Shown here piece after piece: positions 1 through 9,695 of a stretch of DNA of 64,000 nucleotides. The notes beneath the pieces were generated by a model that was not told the DNA's origin, did not search any database, and was given only the letters and a program-made list of their open reading frames with translations. The stretch is taken from positions 101,143 to 165,142 of the forward strand of contig DAIENX010000007.1 in the NCBI GenBank assembly GCA_027340875.1. Direction: 5' to 3'. A program made the position numbers and the translations under genes. Every line of letters starts with the position of its first letter. The stretch's first letter is position 1. The stretch comes from Elusimicrobiota bacterium. GTDB lineage: Bacteria > Elusimicrobiota > Elusimicrobia > Elusimicrobiales > UBA9959.

Positions 1-582
1 ACCGCCATAGCCGGCCCCAGCGGCTCCGGCAAGACCACGCTCCTCAACATCATCAGCGGCCTCGACAACCCCAGCTCCGGCAGGATCCGCCTCGCCGGCC
101 GCGAAATAAGCTCGATGAGCCAGTCCGAGCTCTCGGATTTCCGCCGCGACCACATAGGCTTCATCTTCCAGGCCTACAACCTCATACCCGTCCTCACCGT
201 CGGCGAGAACATAGAGTACGTGATGCTGCTGCGCGGCGTGCCCGCCGGCGAGCGCGCCGACAGAGTAAGACGCATCCTCGACGAGGTAGGCCTCTCCGGC
301 AAGCAGGGCCGCTTCCCGTCACAGCTTTCCGGCGGCCAGCAGCAGCGCGTCGCCATAGCCCGCGCGATGGTCTCCGGCCCGGACATCATCCTCGCCGACG
401 AGCCCACCGCGAACCTCGACTCCGCCACCGGCGGCGCGCTGATGGACATGATGCGCGAGCTCAACGAGAAGCGCGGCATGACCTTCCTGTTCTCCACCCA
501 CGACAGAATGATAATGGACAAGTCCACGCGCCTGGTAACCCTTAAGGACGGCCGCGTGGAATCGGACACCGTTAAGAAATGA
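1..582 (+). CDS. ABC transporter ATP-binding protein, LolD/MacB-like (5'-truncated by window)
   Basis: Frame 1 from base 1 reads TAIAGPSGSGKTT (Walker A), then [34 protein letters not shown] and FSTHD. Confidence 0.93.
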   Translation, partial: TAIAGPSGSGKTTLLNIISGLDNPSSGRIRLAGREISSMSQSELSDFRRDHIGFIFQAYNLIPVLTVGENIEYVMLLRGVPAGERADRVRRILDEVGLSGKQGRFPSQLSGGQQQRVAIARAMVSGPDIILADEPTANLDSATGGALMDMMRELNEKRGMTFLFSTHDRMIMDKSTRLVTLKDGRVESDTVKK

Positions 583-1808
583 GGAACCTTCTTGCGGCTC
601 TGGCCCTGCTGCTGCCCGCCATCCCGGCTGGCGCGGCCGACCTGTCGCTCAAGGGTTTCCTCAAGACCTACCTGTATTCCACCGAGCCGGCCGCGGTGCG
701 CGGCCTGCCCGGCCAGCCGGATGGCGCGTACGCCGCCAGCGAGACAAAGCTGCGGCTGAAGACCTACTGGGACAGTGGCGGTCCCCTTAAGGCCGAGGCC
801 GCCTACGAGCTGATCTACGACTCCCGGGAAAAGGCACTGGCCGCCGCCAGGCCGTTAACGGCCGGCTACGGCTACCGCGTCTCCGACCCCTCCCCCGTAC
901 TCGCTCCGGCCGCCGGAGGCGAGAGTTCCTCCGCCGCGCTGCTCCAGAACCTGGACCGGGCCTTCGTCACCTGGTCGCCGGCCGCTTTCGACCTGTACGC
1001 CGGCCGCCAGCCGCTGGCCTTCGGCTCCGGCCGCACCGTCAACCCCACGGACGTGCTGGCCCCTTACCCTTACGGCACCATAGACACCGAGGAGCGCCGC
1101 GGGGTGGACGCCCTCAGGCTCAAGCGGCCCCTTGGCGAGATGGGCGAGCTGGACGCCGGCTGGCTGCCGGGAAAGGACTGGTCCCGGAGCGATAGCGCGG
1201 CCTTCCTGCGGGCGCGGGACACCATCGGCCGGAACGACCTCACGGTCATAACCGCGGCCTTCCGCGGCAACCTGATGGCCGGCGGGGACCTGGAGCGCGA
1301 CATAGGCGGCGCCACTTTCCGCGCCGAGGCGGCCCAGGTCTGGGCCGGCAGCTTACAGAACCGCCTGCCCGGCGACGACTTCTTCCGGCTGACCGCGGGA
1401 GCGGAGTACAACTTCCCCCTGCTGGGCGGCCTGGATTCCTGGCTGGAGTACCATTACAACGGCGCCGGCAAGGACAAGCCGGCCGATTACCCCTCGCTGG
1501 CGGCCAGAACCGCCTACCGGGAGGCCAACGTCTACCTGCTGGGCAGGAACTACCTGTCCTGCGGGGCGGGGGCCCAGCTTTCCCCGCTGTTCTCGGCCTC
1601 AGCCGGCCTTATGGTCAACCTTGGGGACGGGTCCCTCTATGCCCTGCCCTCCGCGGAGTGGAACGCCGCCGAGAACCTATATCTCTCGGCGGGAGCGCTG
1701 CTGCCGTCCGGGCCGGGAGCCCGCCTCAGCGGCCTGGCCGCCCGCCCCGCCTCAGAGTTCGGGCTGTATGACAGGTCCCTCTACCTCTCCCTGAGGAAGT
1801 ACTTCTAG
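579..1808 (+). CDS. Exported, probable outer-membrane beta-barrel protein of the ABC operon
   Basis: Signal peptide; LDRAFV..GRQPLAFG and GVDALR motifs; ends in aromatic YF; overlaps the ATPase stop codon. Confidence 0.65.
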   Translation: MRNLLAALALLLPAIPAGAADLSLKGFLKTYLYSTEPAAVRGLPGQPDGAYAASETKLRLKTYWDSGGPLKAEAAYELIYDSREKALAAARPLTAGYGYRVSDPSPVLAPAAGGESSSAALLQNLDRAFVTWSPAAFDLYAGRQPLAFGSGRTVNPTDVLAPYPYGTIDTEERRGVDALRLKRPLGEMGELDAGWLPGKDWSRSDSAAFLRARDTIGRNDLTVITAAFRGNLMAGGDLERDIGGATFRAEAAQVWAGSLQNRLPGDDFFRLTAGAEYNFPLLGGLDSWLEYHYNGAGKDKPADYPSLAARTAYREANVYLLGRNYLSCGAGAQLSPLFSASAGLMVNLGDGSLYALPSAEWNAAENLYLSAGALLPSGPGARLSGLAARPASEFGLYDRSLYLSLRKYF

Positions 1809-1937
1809 GGCCGCAGGCCGTTTTTCCGCGCTTTAGGGCCTTTATTTATTATAAAATACAGGAATAGTGGCGGGACGCCCCCCAAAAAGGGCCTCCGGTC
1901 ACAGGTTTTCATATTCAAATGTAAGGCAGGAAAGCTA

Positions 1938-2798
1938 ATGGCGAATAAAGTTCTGGCGGAAATAGGCGTGATCGGCGGTACCGGCCTGTACGCCATGCAG
2001 GAACTTAAGATCCTCCGGGAGATAAAGGTCAAAACCCCCTTCGGCGACCCCTCGGACAAGATAATCCTGGGCTCCATCTCCGGCATCAAGGTAGCCTTCC
2101 TCCCGCGCCACGGCCGCAAGCACCACCTGCTCCCGGGAGAGATAAACCAGCGCGCCAACATGTGGGCGCTCAAGTCCATAGGCGTGAAGACCATCATCTC
2201 CGCCAGCGCGGTAGGCTCGCTCAAGGAAAAGCTGGCCCCCACCCATTTCGTCTTCCCCGACCAGTTCGTCGACAGGACCAAGGGCCGCCCCTCCACCTTC
2301 TTCGGCGGCGGCATAGTCGGCCACGTGCCCATGGCCGAGCCGTTCTGCATGGGCGTCTCCGACATGATATACAAGGAAGCCGTGAAACTGGGCATCAAGG
2401 CCCACAAGGGCGGTACCTATATCTGCATGGAGGGCCCCGGCTTCTCCACCAAGGCCGAGTCCGAATTCCATCGCAAGATGGGCTACGACATCATCGGCAT
2501 GACGATGGCCACCGAGGCGAAGCTCGCCCGCGAGGCCGGCTTCCACTACGCTCCCGTCTCGCTGGTCACCGATTACGACTGCTGGAAGGAAGGCGAGGAA
2601 GTGGACCAGCACCAGGTCTCCGAGACCATGCACAAGAACATAGGCAATATCCGCCGCCTGCTGGTGAAGATACTGCCGCTGGTGGCCGAGGCCGGCTGCC
2701 GCAACGGCTGCCCGTCCTTCTCGAAGAACTCTTTGCTGACGCACCGGGAGAACTTCCCTCCGAAGACCTACAAGAAACTGAAGCTGATACTGGGATAA
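1938..2798 (+). CDS. mtnP: S-methyl-5'-thioadenosine/purine nucleoside phosphorylase
   Basis: GVIGGTG, TPFGDPS, FLPRHG, AVGSL, EGPGFSTKAES, IGMT, VTDYDCW. Confidence 0.92.
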   Translation: MANKVLAEIGVIGGTGLYAMQELKILREIKVKTPFGDPSDKIILGSISGIKVAFLPRHGRKHHLLPGEINQRANMWALKSIGVKTIISASAVGSLKEKLAPTHFVFPDQFVDRTKGRPSTFFGGGIVGHVPMAEPFCMGVSDMIYKEAVKLGIKAHKGGTYICMEGPGFSTKAESEFHRKMGYDIIGMTMATEAKLAREAGFHYAPVSLVTDYDCWKEGEEVDQHQVSETMHKNIGNIRRLLVKILPLVAEAGCRNGCPSFSKNSLLTHRENFPPKTYKKLKLILG

Positions 2799-2802
2799 GA
2801 CA

Positions 2803-3243
2803 ATGGCCAAGAAGACAGCAGGGAAAAAAGAGCGCGGGAACTGGAAGCTGCGCCTGATAGAGGCGGCCAAGTCGGCGCAGAAGAAGGCCTACTGCCCCTA
2901 TTCCCGCTACCCCGTCGGCGCGGCGGTGCTGACCGATTCCGGCAGGCTCTACACCGGCTGCAACGTGGAGAACGCCTCGTTCGGGCTGGCGATGTGCGCG
3001 GAGCGGGTGGCCATCTTCAAGGCCGTCAGCCACGGCGACAAGAAGATCAAGGCCGTCTGCGTGGCGGCCAAGTCCGCCAAGCCCTGCGGCGCCTGCCGGC
3101 AGGTGATAATAGAGTTCGCCCCCAAGGACGCGGACATAATCTACGTGGACTGGTTCCCGATGGCCAAGAAGCAGAAAGTTACCTACACCAAGGCCGGCAA
3201 ACTGCTGCCGCAGGCCTTCGACCCGTCGGAAGCGGGATTGTAA
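2803..3243 (+). CDS. cdd: Cytidine deaminase
   Basis: AYCPYSRYPVGAA, GCNVENAS, CAERVA and PCGACRQ zinc motifs. Confidence 0.95.
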   Translation: MAKKTAGKKERGNWKLRLIEAAKSAQKKAYCPYSRYPVGAAVLTDSGRLYTGCNVENASFGLAMCAERVAIFKAVSHGDKKIKAVCVAAKSAKPCGACRQVIIEFAPKDADIIYVDWFPMAKKQKVTYTKAGKLLPQAFDPSEAGL

Positions 3244-3263
3244 AATTTACTGGAGGTGCATTT

Positions 3264-3641
3264 ATGGACGTCAAGACCCTTACTAAGATCACCAAGTGGA
3301 TGGAATCCACCGACCTAGAGGAGATAACCTGGAGGAGCGGGGACGACAAGATCTCGCTGAAGCTCAACAACAACCCGGAGCACAACGCCTCGATCTCCTC
3401 GTCGATGGAGCCCGTGCTCTCCCCTTCCATAGGCATATTCCGCTTCGCCCGCCCTGGCAAGACCAACCATCTGAAGGAGGGCTCCTCCATGAAGTCCGGC
3501 CAGGAGCTCGGCGTGGTGGAGGTGGGCAAGGAATTCAAGAGCGTGCAGGCGCCCGCGAACGGCCTGCTGAAGATCATCTCGATCTCCGACGGCAAGCCGG
3601 TGGAATACGGCCAGCCGTTGTTCTTCTTCGAGCCCAAGTAA
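3264..3641 (+). CDS. accB: Biotin carboxyl carrier protein-like, atypical biotinylation motif
   Basis: GGAGG RBS; SPSIGIF, GQELGVVE and VEYGQPLF typical of AccB; upstream of accC; EVGKE replaces EAMKM. Confidence 0.8.
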   Translation: MDVKTLTKITKWMESTDLEEITWRSGDDKISLKLNNNPEHNASISSSMEPVLSPSIGIFRFARPGKTNHLKEGSSMKSGQELGVVEVGKEFKSVQAPANGLLKIISISDGKPVEYGQPLFFFEPK

Positions 3642-3692
3642 GCTACGCCCACCGCCCCGGCCCCCCCGCGGCCGGGCGCCGGGCGCCCATAC

Positions 3693-5384
3693 ATGACCTC
3701 CAAGCCATCGACAATCAAGTGTCCGAAGTGCGGCAGCCAGCCGAACATCATCACCGACACCTGCATGAACTGCGGCTCGAAGCTGGAGAAGATCTGCGGC
3801 GAGTGCGGCGCAGCCGTGGCGGTGGAGAAGAACTACTGCGACAAATGCGGCTCGCTGCTGGCCCTGCAGCCGCCGCCAAGGCCCGATGCCCCGGGAACCC
3901 CTCCGCCGCCGCCCGCTCCGGAAAAAAGGGGATTCAGCCTGGAGATGGAATCCATCCAGGACACCGTATCCGAGAGGGCGACCTCCTTCCGCCGCAAGGT
4001 GGACACCGGGCCCGCTCCGGCAGGTCCGGCCGCCCCGCCGCCGCCCGCTTCCAAACCGGCCGCCTCGGGACGCTCGTCCAAGGGAGGAGGCAGCGTGCTC
4101 AGCCCGGATTCCGCCCGCCTGATGAAACAGGCGCCTCTGCCGCGGCCGGTCAGGCCCCCCATGCTCAAGAAAGTGACCGGCGCGCTGGTCACGGTCCTGC
4201 TGCTGGGCGTGCTGAGCGCCATACTCTACATGATAGCCGCGCCGTCGCTGCCAAAGCTGCGCCTGATAATGACGGCCAAGGCCTACCTCTCCGACATCTC
4301 AGAGGGCAAGTTCGAGAAGGCCTACTCGCTGCTCTCGACCAATTCCAAGGCGGCCTGCTCGCTAGAGGAATACCTCAAGAACAGCTCCGACTACTACGCT
4401 AAGGCCCCCGCCTGGCAGTTCAAGGACGTAGAGGTCTTCGCAATGACCAGCGATTCGGCGATGATCCGCTACATGCTCAAGGAGGGGAACGGGGAGTGGA
4501 AGTACGACTTCATCTCCTTCGTGCGCGAGAACAACCGCTGGACCCGCCCCTACATCTGGGTGCTGTTCCAGCCCATAGACGACGCGCTTAAGCGCCACGA
4601 CTTTCCGCAGGCCCTGTTCCTGGCGCAGAAACTTTACCTTACCGATCCGGTGGATCCCCGCACCTCCGGCTATCTCTGCGACGCCGAGTTCTTCATGGGC
4701 CTGCACGAGAAGGCCGTGGATTCCTGTAAGCGCATGATAGACAACGCGGCCATCTACCCGGTTGGCTATACCAGCGCGGAACTGTTCCAGTACAACTCCC
4801 ATTACGCCGACAGCCTGCGCTTCCTGCAGCGCGACCGGGTGGCCCTCCAGGAGTACGACAAGCTGCTCAAATGGCCCGGCGCCACCTCCGACCAGCTCTG
4901 CCCGGTGCACCTGAACCGCGCCGATTCATTCGTCTACCTGAAGGAGTACGACCGCGCCCTCAGGGAACTGATGGACGCCTCCAGCCTCTGCACGCAGAGC
5001 CCGGCCAAGGAGTCCACGCGGACCAGGCTTTACTATATGAGCGGTTCCGCCGGCCCGGCAGCCGTGGCCTTCGCCCAAAAATCCCGCTTCCAGCCCGGCC
5101 AGCCGCCGATAGGAGAGGCGCGCAGCAAGGAGCTGGCGGATCTGAAGGCAAAGCTGGGCCCGAGGAACGCCAGGCTCCTGCCCAAGGACCAGTGGATGGC
5201 CGTGCACGTGGCGGGCCCCGAATACCGCGTCTTCCTGCGCCAGGAGGGCATCAACCTCAGGACGAAGAAGTCCGAGACGCAGACCCTTTACACTTTCCTG
5301 GTAAACCTCTGGACCGGCAGGGCGACCGTGGAGAAGGCCCCCGGCCAGGATAAGCCCGGAGAAGTATCTCCGGACGGCAAATAG
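3693..5384 (+). CDS. Double zinc-ribbon, Pro-rich linker, single-TM, TPR-like protein
   Basis: Four CxxC pairs at the N-terminus, a Pro-rich tract, one hydrophobic helix, then helical TPR-like repeats. Confidence 0.7.
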   Translation: MTSKPSTIKCPKCGSQPNIITDTCMNCGSKLEKICGECGAAVAVEKNYCDKCGSLLALQPPPRPDAPGTPPPPPAPEKRGFSLEMESIQDTVSERATSFRRKVDTGPAPAGPAAPPPPASKPAASGRSSKGGGSVLSPDSARLMKQAPLPRPVRPPMLKKVTGALVTVLLLGVLSAILYMIAAPSLPKLRLIMTAKAYLSDISEGKFEKAYSLLSTNSKAACSLEEYLKNSSDYYAKAPAWQFKDVEVFAMTSDSAMIRYMLKEGNGEWKYDFISFVRENNRWTRPYIWVLFQPIDDALKRHDFPQALFLAQKLYLTDPVDPRTSGYLCDAEFFMGLHEKAVDSCKRMIDNAAIYPVGYTSAELFQYNSHYADSLRFLQRDRVALQEYDKLLKWPGATSDQLCPVHLNRADSFVYLKEYDRALRELMDASSLCTQSPAKESTRTRLYYMSGSAGPAAVAFAQKSRFQPGQPPIGEARSKELADLKAKLGPRNARLLPKDQWMAVHVAGPEYRVFLRQEGINLRTKKSETQTLYTFLVNLWTGRATVEKAPGQDKPGEVSPDGK

Positions 5385-5401
5385 TTGATCTTGGAGGCAA
5401 T

Positions 5402-6760
5402 ATGTTCAAGAAAGTACTGATCGCCAACCGCGGCGAGATAGCGGTACGGGTGATACGCACCCTGCGCGAGATGGGCGTAAGCTCGGTGGCGGTGTACTCC
5501 GAGGCCGACCGCTCCTCCCTGCACGTCCGGCTGGCGGACGAGGCGGTCTGCATAGGCCCGGCCATAGCCAAGGAGAGCTACCTCAGCATACCGGCCATCA
5601 TCTCCGCCGCCACGGTCACCGGCGCCGACGCCATACACCCCGGCTACGGCTTCCTGTCCGAGAACGCGGACTTCTCCGCCGCCTGCCGCGACAACGGTCT
5701 CGCGTTCATCGGGCCGTCCCCCAAGTCCATACAGCAGCTGGGCCACAAGGCCGAGGCCCGCAAGGTGGCCATGAAGGCCGGCGTGCCCGTGACCCCGGGC
5801 ACCAAAGAATGCGTGGGCAGGAACTTCAAGAGCGAGGCCGAGAAGATCGGCTTCCCGCTGATGATCAAGGCAGCCGCCGGCGGCGGCGGCAAGGGCATCC
5901 GCATCGTGCGCGAGGAGTCCCAGCTGGAGAAGGAAATGACGATGGCCTCCAGCGAGGCCAAGGCCGCCTTCGGCAACGGCGAGGTCTATTTCGAGAAGTA
6001 CATCGAGCTGCCGCGCCACATAGAAGTGCAGTTCGCGCGCGACACGCACGGCCACACGCTGGCCTTCCCGGAGCGCGACTGCTCCATACAGCGCCGTCAT
6101 CAGAAGCTGGTGGAGGAATCCCCCTCGCCTGCGGTGGACAAGAAACTGCGCGAGAAGCTGGAGGAGGCCGCCGTTAAGCTGGCCAACGCCGCCAACTACG
6201 TGGGCGTGGGCACCGTGGAATTCCTGCTGACGCAGACCGGCGAGTTCTATTTCATGGAGGTCAACACGCGCCTGCAGGTCGAGCACCCGGTCACCGAGTT
6301 CATCACCGGCTTCGACCTGGTGCGCGAGCAGCTGCTGGCCGCCTCCGGGGAGAGCCTCTCCTACACGGCCTCCCACAGCGTGCCGTACCGCGGCCACGCG
6401 ATAGAGCACCGCGTCAACGCCGAGGATTTCTCCAGGAACTTCCTGCCGTCCGTGGGCCGGGTAGAGGAGTGGCTCGTCCCCGGCGGCCCCGGCATACGGG
6501 TGGACACGCACGTCTATTCCGGCTACAACCTCCCTATCTATTACGACAGCATGCTGGCCAAACTGATAGTCTGGGACCAGACCCGCGAGCTGGCGGTCGC
6601 CAGGTCGGCCAGGGCCCTGAGGGACTTCAAGGTCTCCGGCATAAAGACCACGATAGACGCCCACCGCCTGATAGTGCAGAGCGAGGGCTTCAAGACCGGC
6701 AAGACCGACACCGGCTTCATGGAACGCCTGCTCGCTCCCGCGGAGGCCGCCGGCAAGTAG
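5402..6760 (+). CDS. accC: Acetyl-CoA carboxylase biotin carboxylase subunit
   Basis: KVLIANRGEIA, IHPGYGFLSEN, GGGGKG, ERDCSIQRRHQK, FMEVNTRLQVEHPVTE. Confidence 0.97.
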   Translation: MFKKVLIANRGEIAVRVIRTLREMGVSSVAVYSEADRSSLHVRLADEAVCIGPAIAKESYLSIPAIISAATVTGADAIHPGYGFLSENADFSAACRDNGLAFIGPSPKSIQQLGHKAEARKVAMKAGVPVTPGTKECVGRNFKSEAEKIGFPLMIKAAAGGGGKGIRIVREESQLEKEMTMASSEAKAAFGNGEVYFEKYIELPRHIEVQFARDTHGHTLAFPERDCSIQRRHQKLVEESPSPAVDKKLREKLEEAAVKLANAANYVGVGTVEFLLTQTGEFYFMEVNTRLQVEHPVTEFITGFDLVREQLLAASGESLSYTASHSVPYRGHAIEHRVNAEDFSRNFLPSVGRVEEWLVPGGPGIRVDTHVYSGYNLPIYYDSMLAKLIVWDQTRELAVARSARALRDFKVSGIKTTIDAHRLIVQSEGFKTGKTDTGFMERLLAPAEAAGK

Positions 6761-7228
6761 ATGCGCACCACCGGCAAAATAGTCCCTCTCAAGAAGGCGC
6801 TGGCACTGCGGGCCGCGCTCAGGAAGGCGGGCAGGATGGCGGTCTTCACCAACGGCTGCTTCGACCTGCTGCACGCCGGACATATCTATTCTATCGAAAA
6901 GGCCCGCTCTTTCGGGGATTTCCTCTTCCTCGGCCTCAATTCCGACGCTTCGGTGCGCCGCCTCAAGGGCCCCGCCCGTCCGATCAATAAGGCGCGGGAC
7001 AGGGCTCTGGTGCTGGCCGCCCTGCAGGCCGTGGACGCCGTGGTCGTATTCGGAGAAGATACCCCCCTGAAGCTGATAAAAGCCCTCAGGCCTGACGTGC
7101 TGGTAAAAGGCGCGGATTATACCAACGGTACCGTCGTGGGAGCCGAGTATGCCGGCATGGTAAGGCTGGTACCCCTGCTGAAGGGACGCTCGACCACCGC
7201 GCTGGCCAGGAAACTCTGCCGCTCCTGA
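6761..7228 (+). CDS. rfaE2: D-glycero-beta-D-manno-heptose 1-phosphate adenylyltransferase (RfaE domain II)
   Basis: FTNGCFDLLHAGH, GLNSDASVRRLKG, VLVKGADY, STT. Confidence 0.92.
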   Translation: MRTTGKIVPLKKALALRAALRKAGRMAVFTNGCFDLLHAGHIYSIEKARSFGDFLFLGLNSDASVRRLKGPARPINKARDRALVLAALQAVDAVVVFGEDTPLKLIKALRPDVLVKGADYTNGTVVGAEYAGMVRLVPLLKGRSTTALARKLCRS

Positions 7229-7270
7229 CCCCCATTTTTTCCCCTAAAGCTCCCCCCAATTTAATAAAAT

Positions 7271-8494
7271 ATGACGATATTACCTATGACCGACATTTTC
7301 GACAAGTGCCGCAGCTTCACCATCGCCCGCCAGCTCATCGAGTCGGGCATCTACCCCTATTTCAAGGAACTCGAGTCCGAACAGGCCCCGGAAGTGACCA
7401 TACAGGGCAAGAAGTTCATCATGTTCGGCTCCAACAACTACCTGGGTCTCGCGAACGACCCCCGCATGAAGCAGGCCGCCATAGACGCGGTCAAGAAGTA
7501 CGGGACCGGCGTGGCCGGCTCGCGCTTCCTGAACGGCAACACCGTGCTGCACACGGACCTGGAAAAGAAGCTGGCCGCCTTCAAAGGCCGCGAGGCCGCC
7601 CTGATCTACGCCACCGGCTACCAGATGAACCTGGGCGTGGTCAGCGCCCTGGTCGGCAAGGGAGATTTCGCGGTGGTCGACAAGCTTGACCACGCCAGCA
7701 TCCTGGACGGCTGCCGCCTGTCGCACGGCGAGGTGCGCCGCTTCAAGCACAACAATCCCGCCGACCTGGACCGCGTCCTGAAGGACATCGGCCCCGGCCA
7801 CGGCAAGCTGGTCATAGTGGACGGCGTCTTCTCTATGGAAGGCGACATCTCCCCCGTCCCGGAGATCTCCAAGGTCTGCAAGAAGCACGGCGCGCGCCTG
7901 ATGGTGGACGACGCGCACGCCACCGGCGTGCTCGGCAAGCACGGCCACGGCACTATGGAGCATTTCGGCCTCACCAGCAAGGACGTGGACCTGGTGGTAG
8001 GCACCTGCTCGAAGTCCTTCGCCTCGGTAGGCGGCTTCGTGGTGGGCGACGAGGACATCATCCACTACATCCAGCACGTTTCCCGCTCGATGATCTTCTC
8101 GGCGGCCCTGCCGCCCTCCTCGGTGGCCTCCATCGCAAAGGCCATAGACATCATCCAGGAAGAACCCCAGCGCATCAGAAAGCTCTGGGACAACTCCGCC
8201 TACCTGATGAAGCGCTTCAAGGCCCTCGGCCTCAACACCGGCGAGACCGCCACCCCGATCATCCCGGTCATCATCGGCGACAACGAGAAGACCTTCATGC
8301 TTTGGCGCATGCTCTACGACAACGGCCTGTTCACCAACCCGGTGGTCAGCCCGGCCGTGCCCCCAAAGCGGTCGCTCTTGCGCGTAGTGGTCACGGCCAC
8401 ACATACCCGTGAGCAGCTGGACAACGCGCTGGACATCTTCGAAGGCTGCGTCAGGAAGGTCATAAAGACCAGGCCTGCCCACGCGGCCAAATAG
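7271..8494 (+). CDS. spt: PLP-dependent alpha-oxoamine synthase, probable serine palmitoyltransferase (start may be 7286)
   Basis: GIYPYF N-terminus, FGSNNYLGL, GSRFLNG, DHASI, DGVFSMEGD, DDAH, GTCSKS (PLP Lys); resembles Bacteroides-type SPT; next to a CerS-like GNAT. Confidence 0.75.
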   Translation: MTILPMTDIFDKCRSFTIARQLIESGIYPYFKELESEQAPEVTIQGKKFIMFGSNNYLGLANDPRMKQAAIDAVKKYGTGVAGSRFLNGNTVLHTDLEKKLAAFKGREAALIYATGYQMNLGVVSALVGKGDFAVVDKLDHASILDGCRLSHGEVRRFKHNNPADLDRVLKDIGPGHGKLVIVDGVFSMEGDISPVPEISKVCKKHGARLMVDDAHATGVLGKHGHGTMEHFGLTSKDVDLVVGTCSKSFASVGGFVVGDEDIIHYIQHVSRSMIFSAALPPSSVASIAKAIDIIQEEPQRIRKLWDNSAYLMKRFKALGLNTGETATPIIPVIIGDNEKTFMLWRMLYDNGLFTNPVVSPAVPPKRSLLRVVVTATHTREQLDNALDIFEGCVRKVIKTRPAHAAK

Positions 8495-8506
8495 ACGGGC
8501 CCAGCC

Positions 8507-9619
8507 ATGCCCGCCGAAATAAGGGAAATACCCGAGAGCGACCTCGGCCTGTTCGTAGACTACCCGTATAACCTGTTCAGGGACAACCCTTTCTGGGCCG
8601 CCGACCTCAAAAAGGACGTCGCGCACCTGCTGCATACCGGCCACCCCTTCTGGCGGCACGGCGAACGCAAGATGTTCATGGCCTGCAGGGACGGCCGCCC
8701 GGTCGGGCGCATAGCCGCCATAGTCAACCACGCCTACAACAATTTCCACGGCGACCGCACCGGCTTCTTCGGCTTCTTCGACTGCGAGGACGACAAGGAG
8801 GCCGCGGCGCAGCTGTTCTCGGCCGCCGGGGCCTGGCTTAAGGCCCGCGGCATGGACTGCTCGATAGGACCGGTCAATCCCTCAACCAACGAGACCTGCG
8901 GCATGCTCTCGGAAGGCTTCGACTTCCCCCCCGTGGTCATGATGCCGTACAATCCGCCTTATTACCTCGCGCTGGCCGAGACGGCCGGCTACGGCAAGGC
9001 CAAGGACCTCTACGCCTACAATTACGAGACGGCCAACGGGTTCCCGGAGCGCTTCGACAAGATACTGTCACGCATGACCCGGGACGGCAAGGTCACCGTC
9101 CATTTCGCCGACGTCAAGGACATCAACGGGGCGCTGGGCGAGGTCAAGGACGTCTACAACTCGGCCTGGGAGAAGAACTGGGGCTTCGTGCCGATGACCG
9201 ACGAGGAACTCGACGACATGGCGGCGGCCTTCAAGCCGGTGCTGAAGCCGGAATACCTCTTCTTCGCGCGCTACGAGGGCAAGCCCGCCGCCTTCTGCCT
9301 GATGCTGCCCGACTTCAACATAGCCCTGAAGCCGGTCCGCGGCTCCCTCAATCCGCTCAACATACTGCCCTTCCTCTACCGGTTCACCTACAAGCTCGAC
9401 CGCGGCCGCATGCTCACCCTGGGGGTAAAGAAGGAATTCCGGGGAAAGGGCATAGAGCTGCTGCTGATAAAACAGGCCCTCCTCTCGGCCAAAAAGCTGG
9501 GCTGGAAGTCCGCCGAACTCTCCTGGACGCTCGAGAACAACGAGCTTATCAACAACACCATCGAAGCTATAGGCGGCAAACTCTACCGCAAGTACCGCAT
9601 CTACCGCAAGGACCTGTAA
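8507..9619 (+). CDS. GNAT-fold acyltransferase, bacterial ceramide synthase/YghO-like
   Basis: GRIAA, GFFGFFDCED, GPVNPSTNETCG, MMPYNPPYY, AWEKNWGFVP, LGVKKEFR, ELSWTLENN. Confidence 0.75.
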   Translation: MPAEIREIPESDLGLFVDYPYNLFRDNPFWAADLKKDVAHLLHTGHPFWRHGERKMFMACRDGRPVGRIAAIVNHAYNNFHGDRTGFFGFFDCEDDKEAAAQLFSAAGAWLKARGMDCSIGPVNPSTNETCGMLSEGFDFPPVVMMPYNPPYYLALAETAGYGKAKDLYAYNYETANGFPERFDKILSRMTRDGKVTVHFADVKDINGALGEVKDVYNSAWEKNWGFVPMTDEELDDMAAAFKPVLKPEYLFFARYEGKPAAFCLMLPDFNIALKPVRGSLNPLNILPFLYRFTYKLDRGRMLTLGVKKEFRGKGIELLLIKQALLSAKKLGWKSAELSWTLENNELINNTIEAIGGKLYRKYRIYRKDL

Positions 9620-9695
9620 GGGCTGCCCGGCCAGGGGGGCGCGGGTTTAATCATTTTGTAATCATTTCTTAACCACCGCGGGGTATAATAATACC

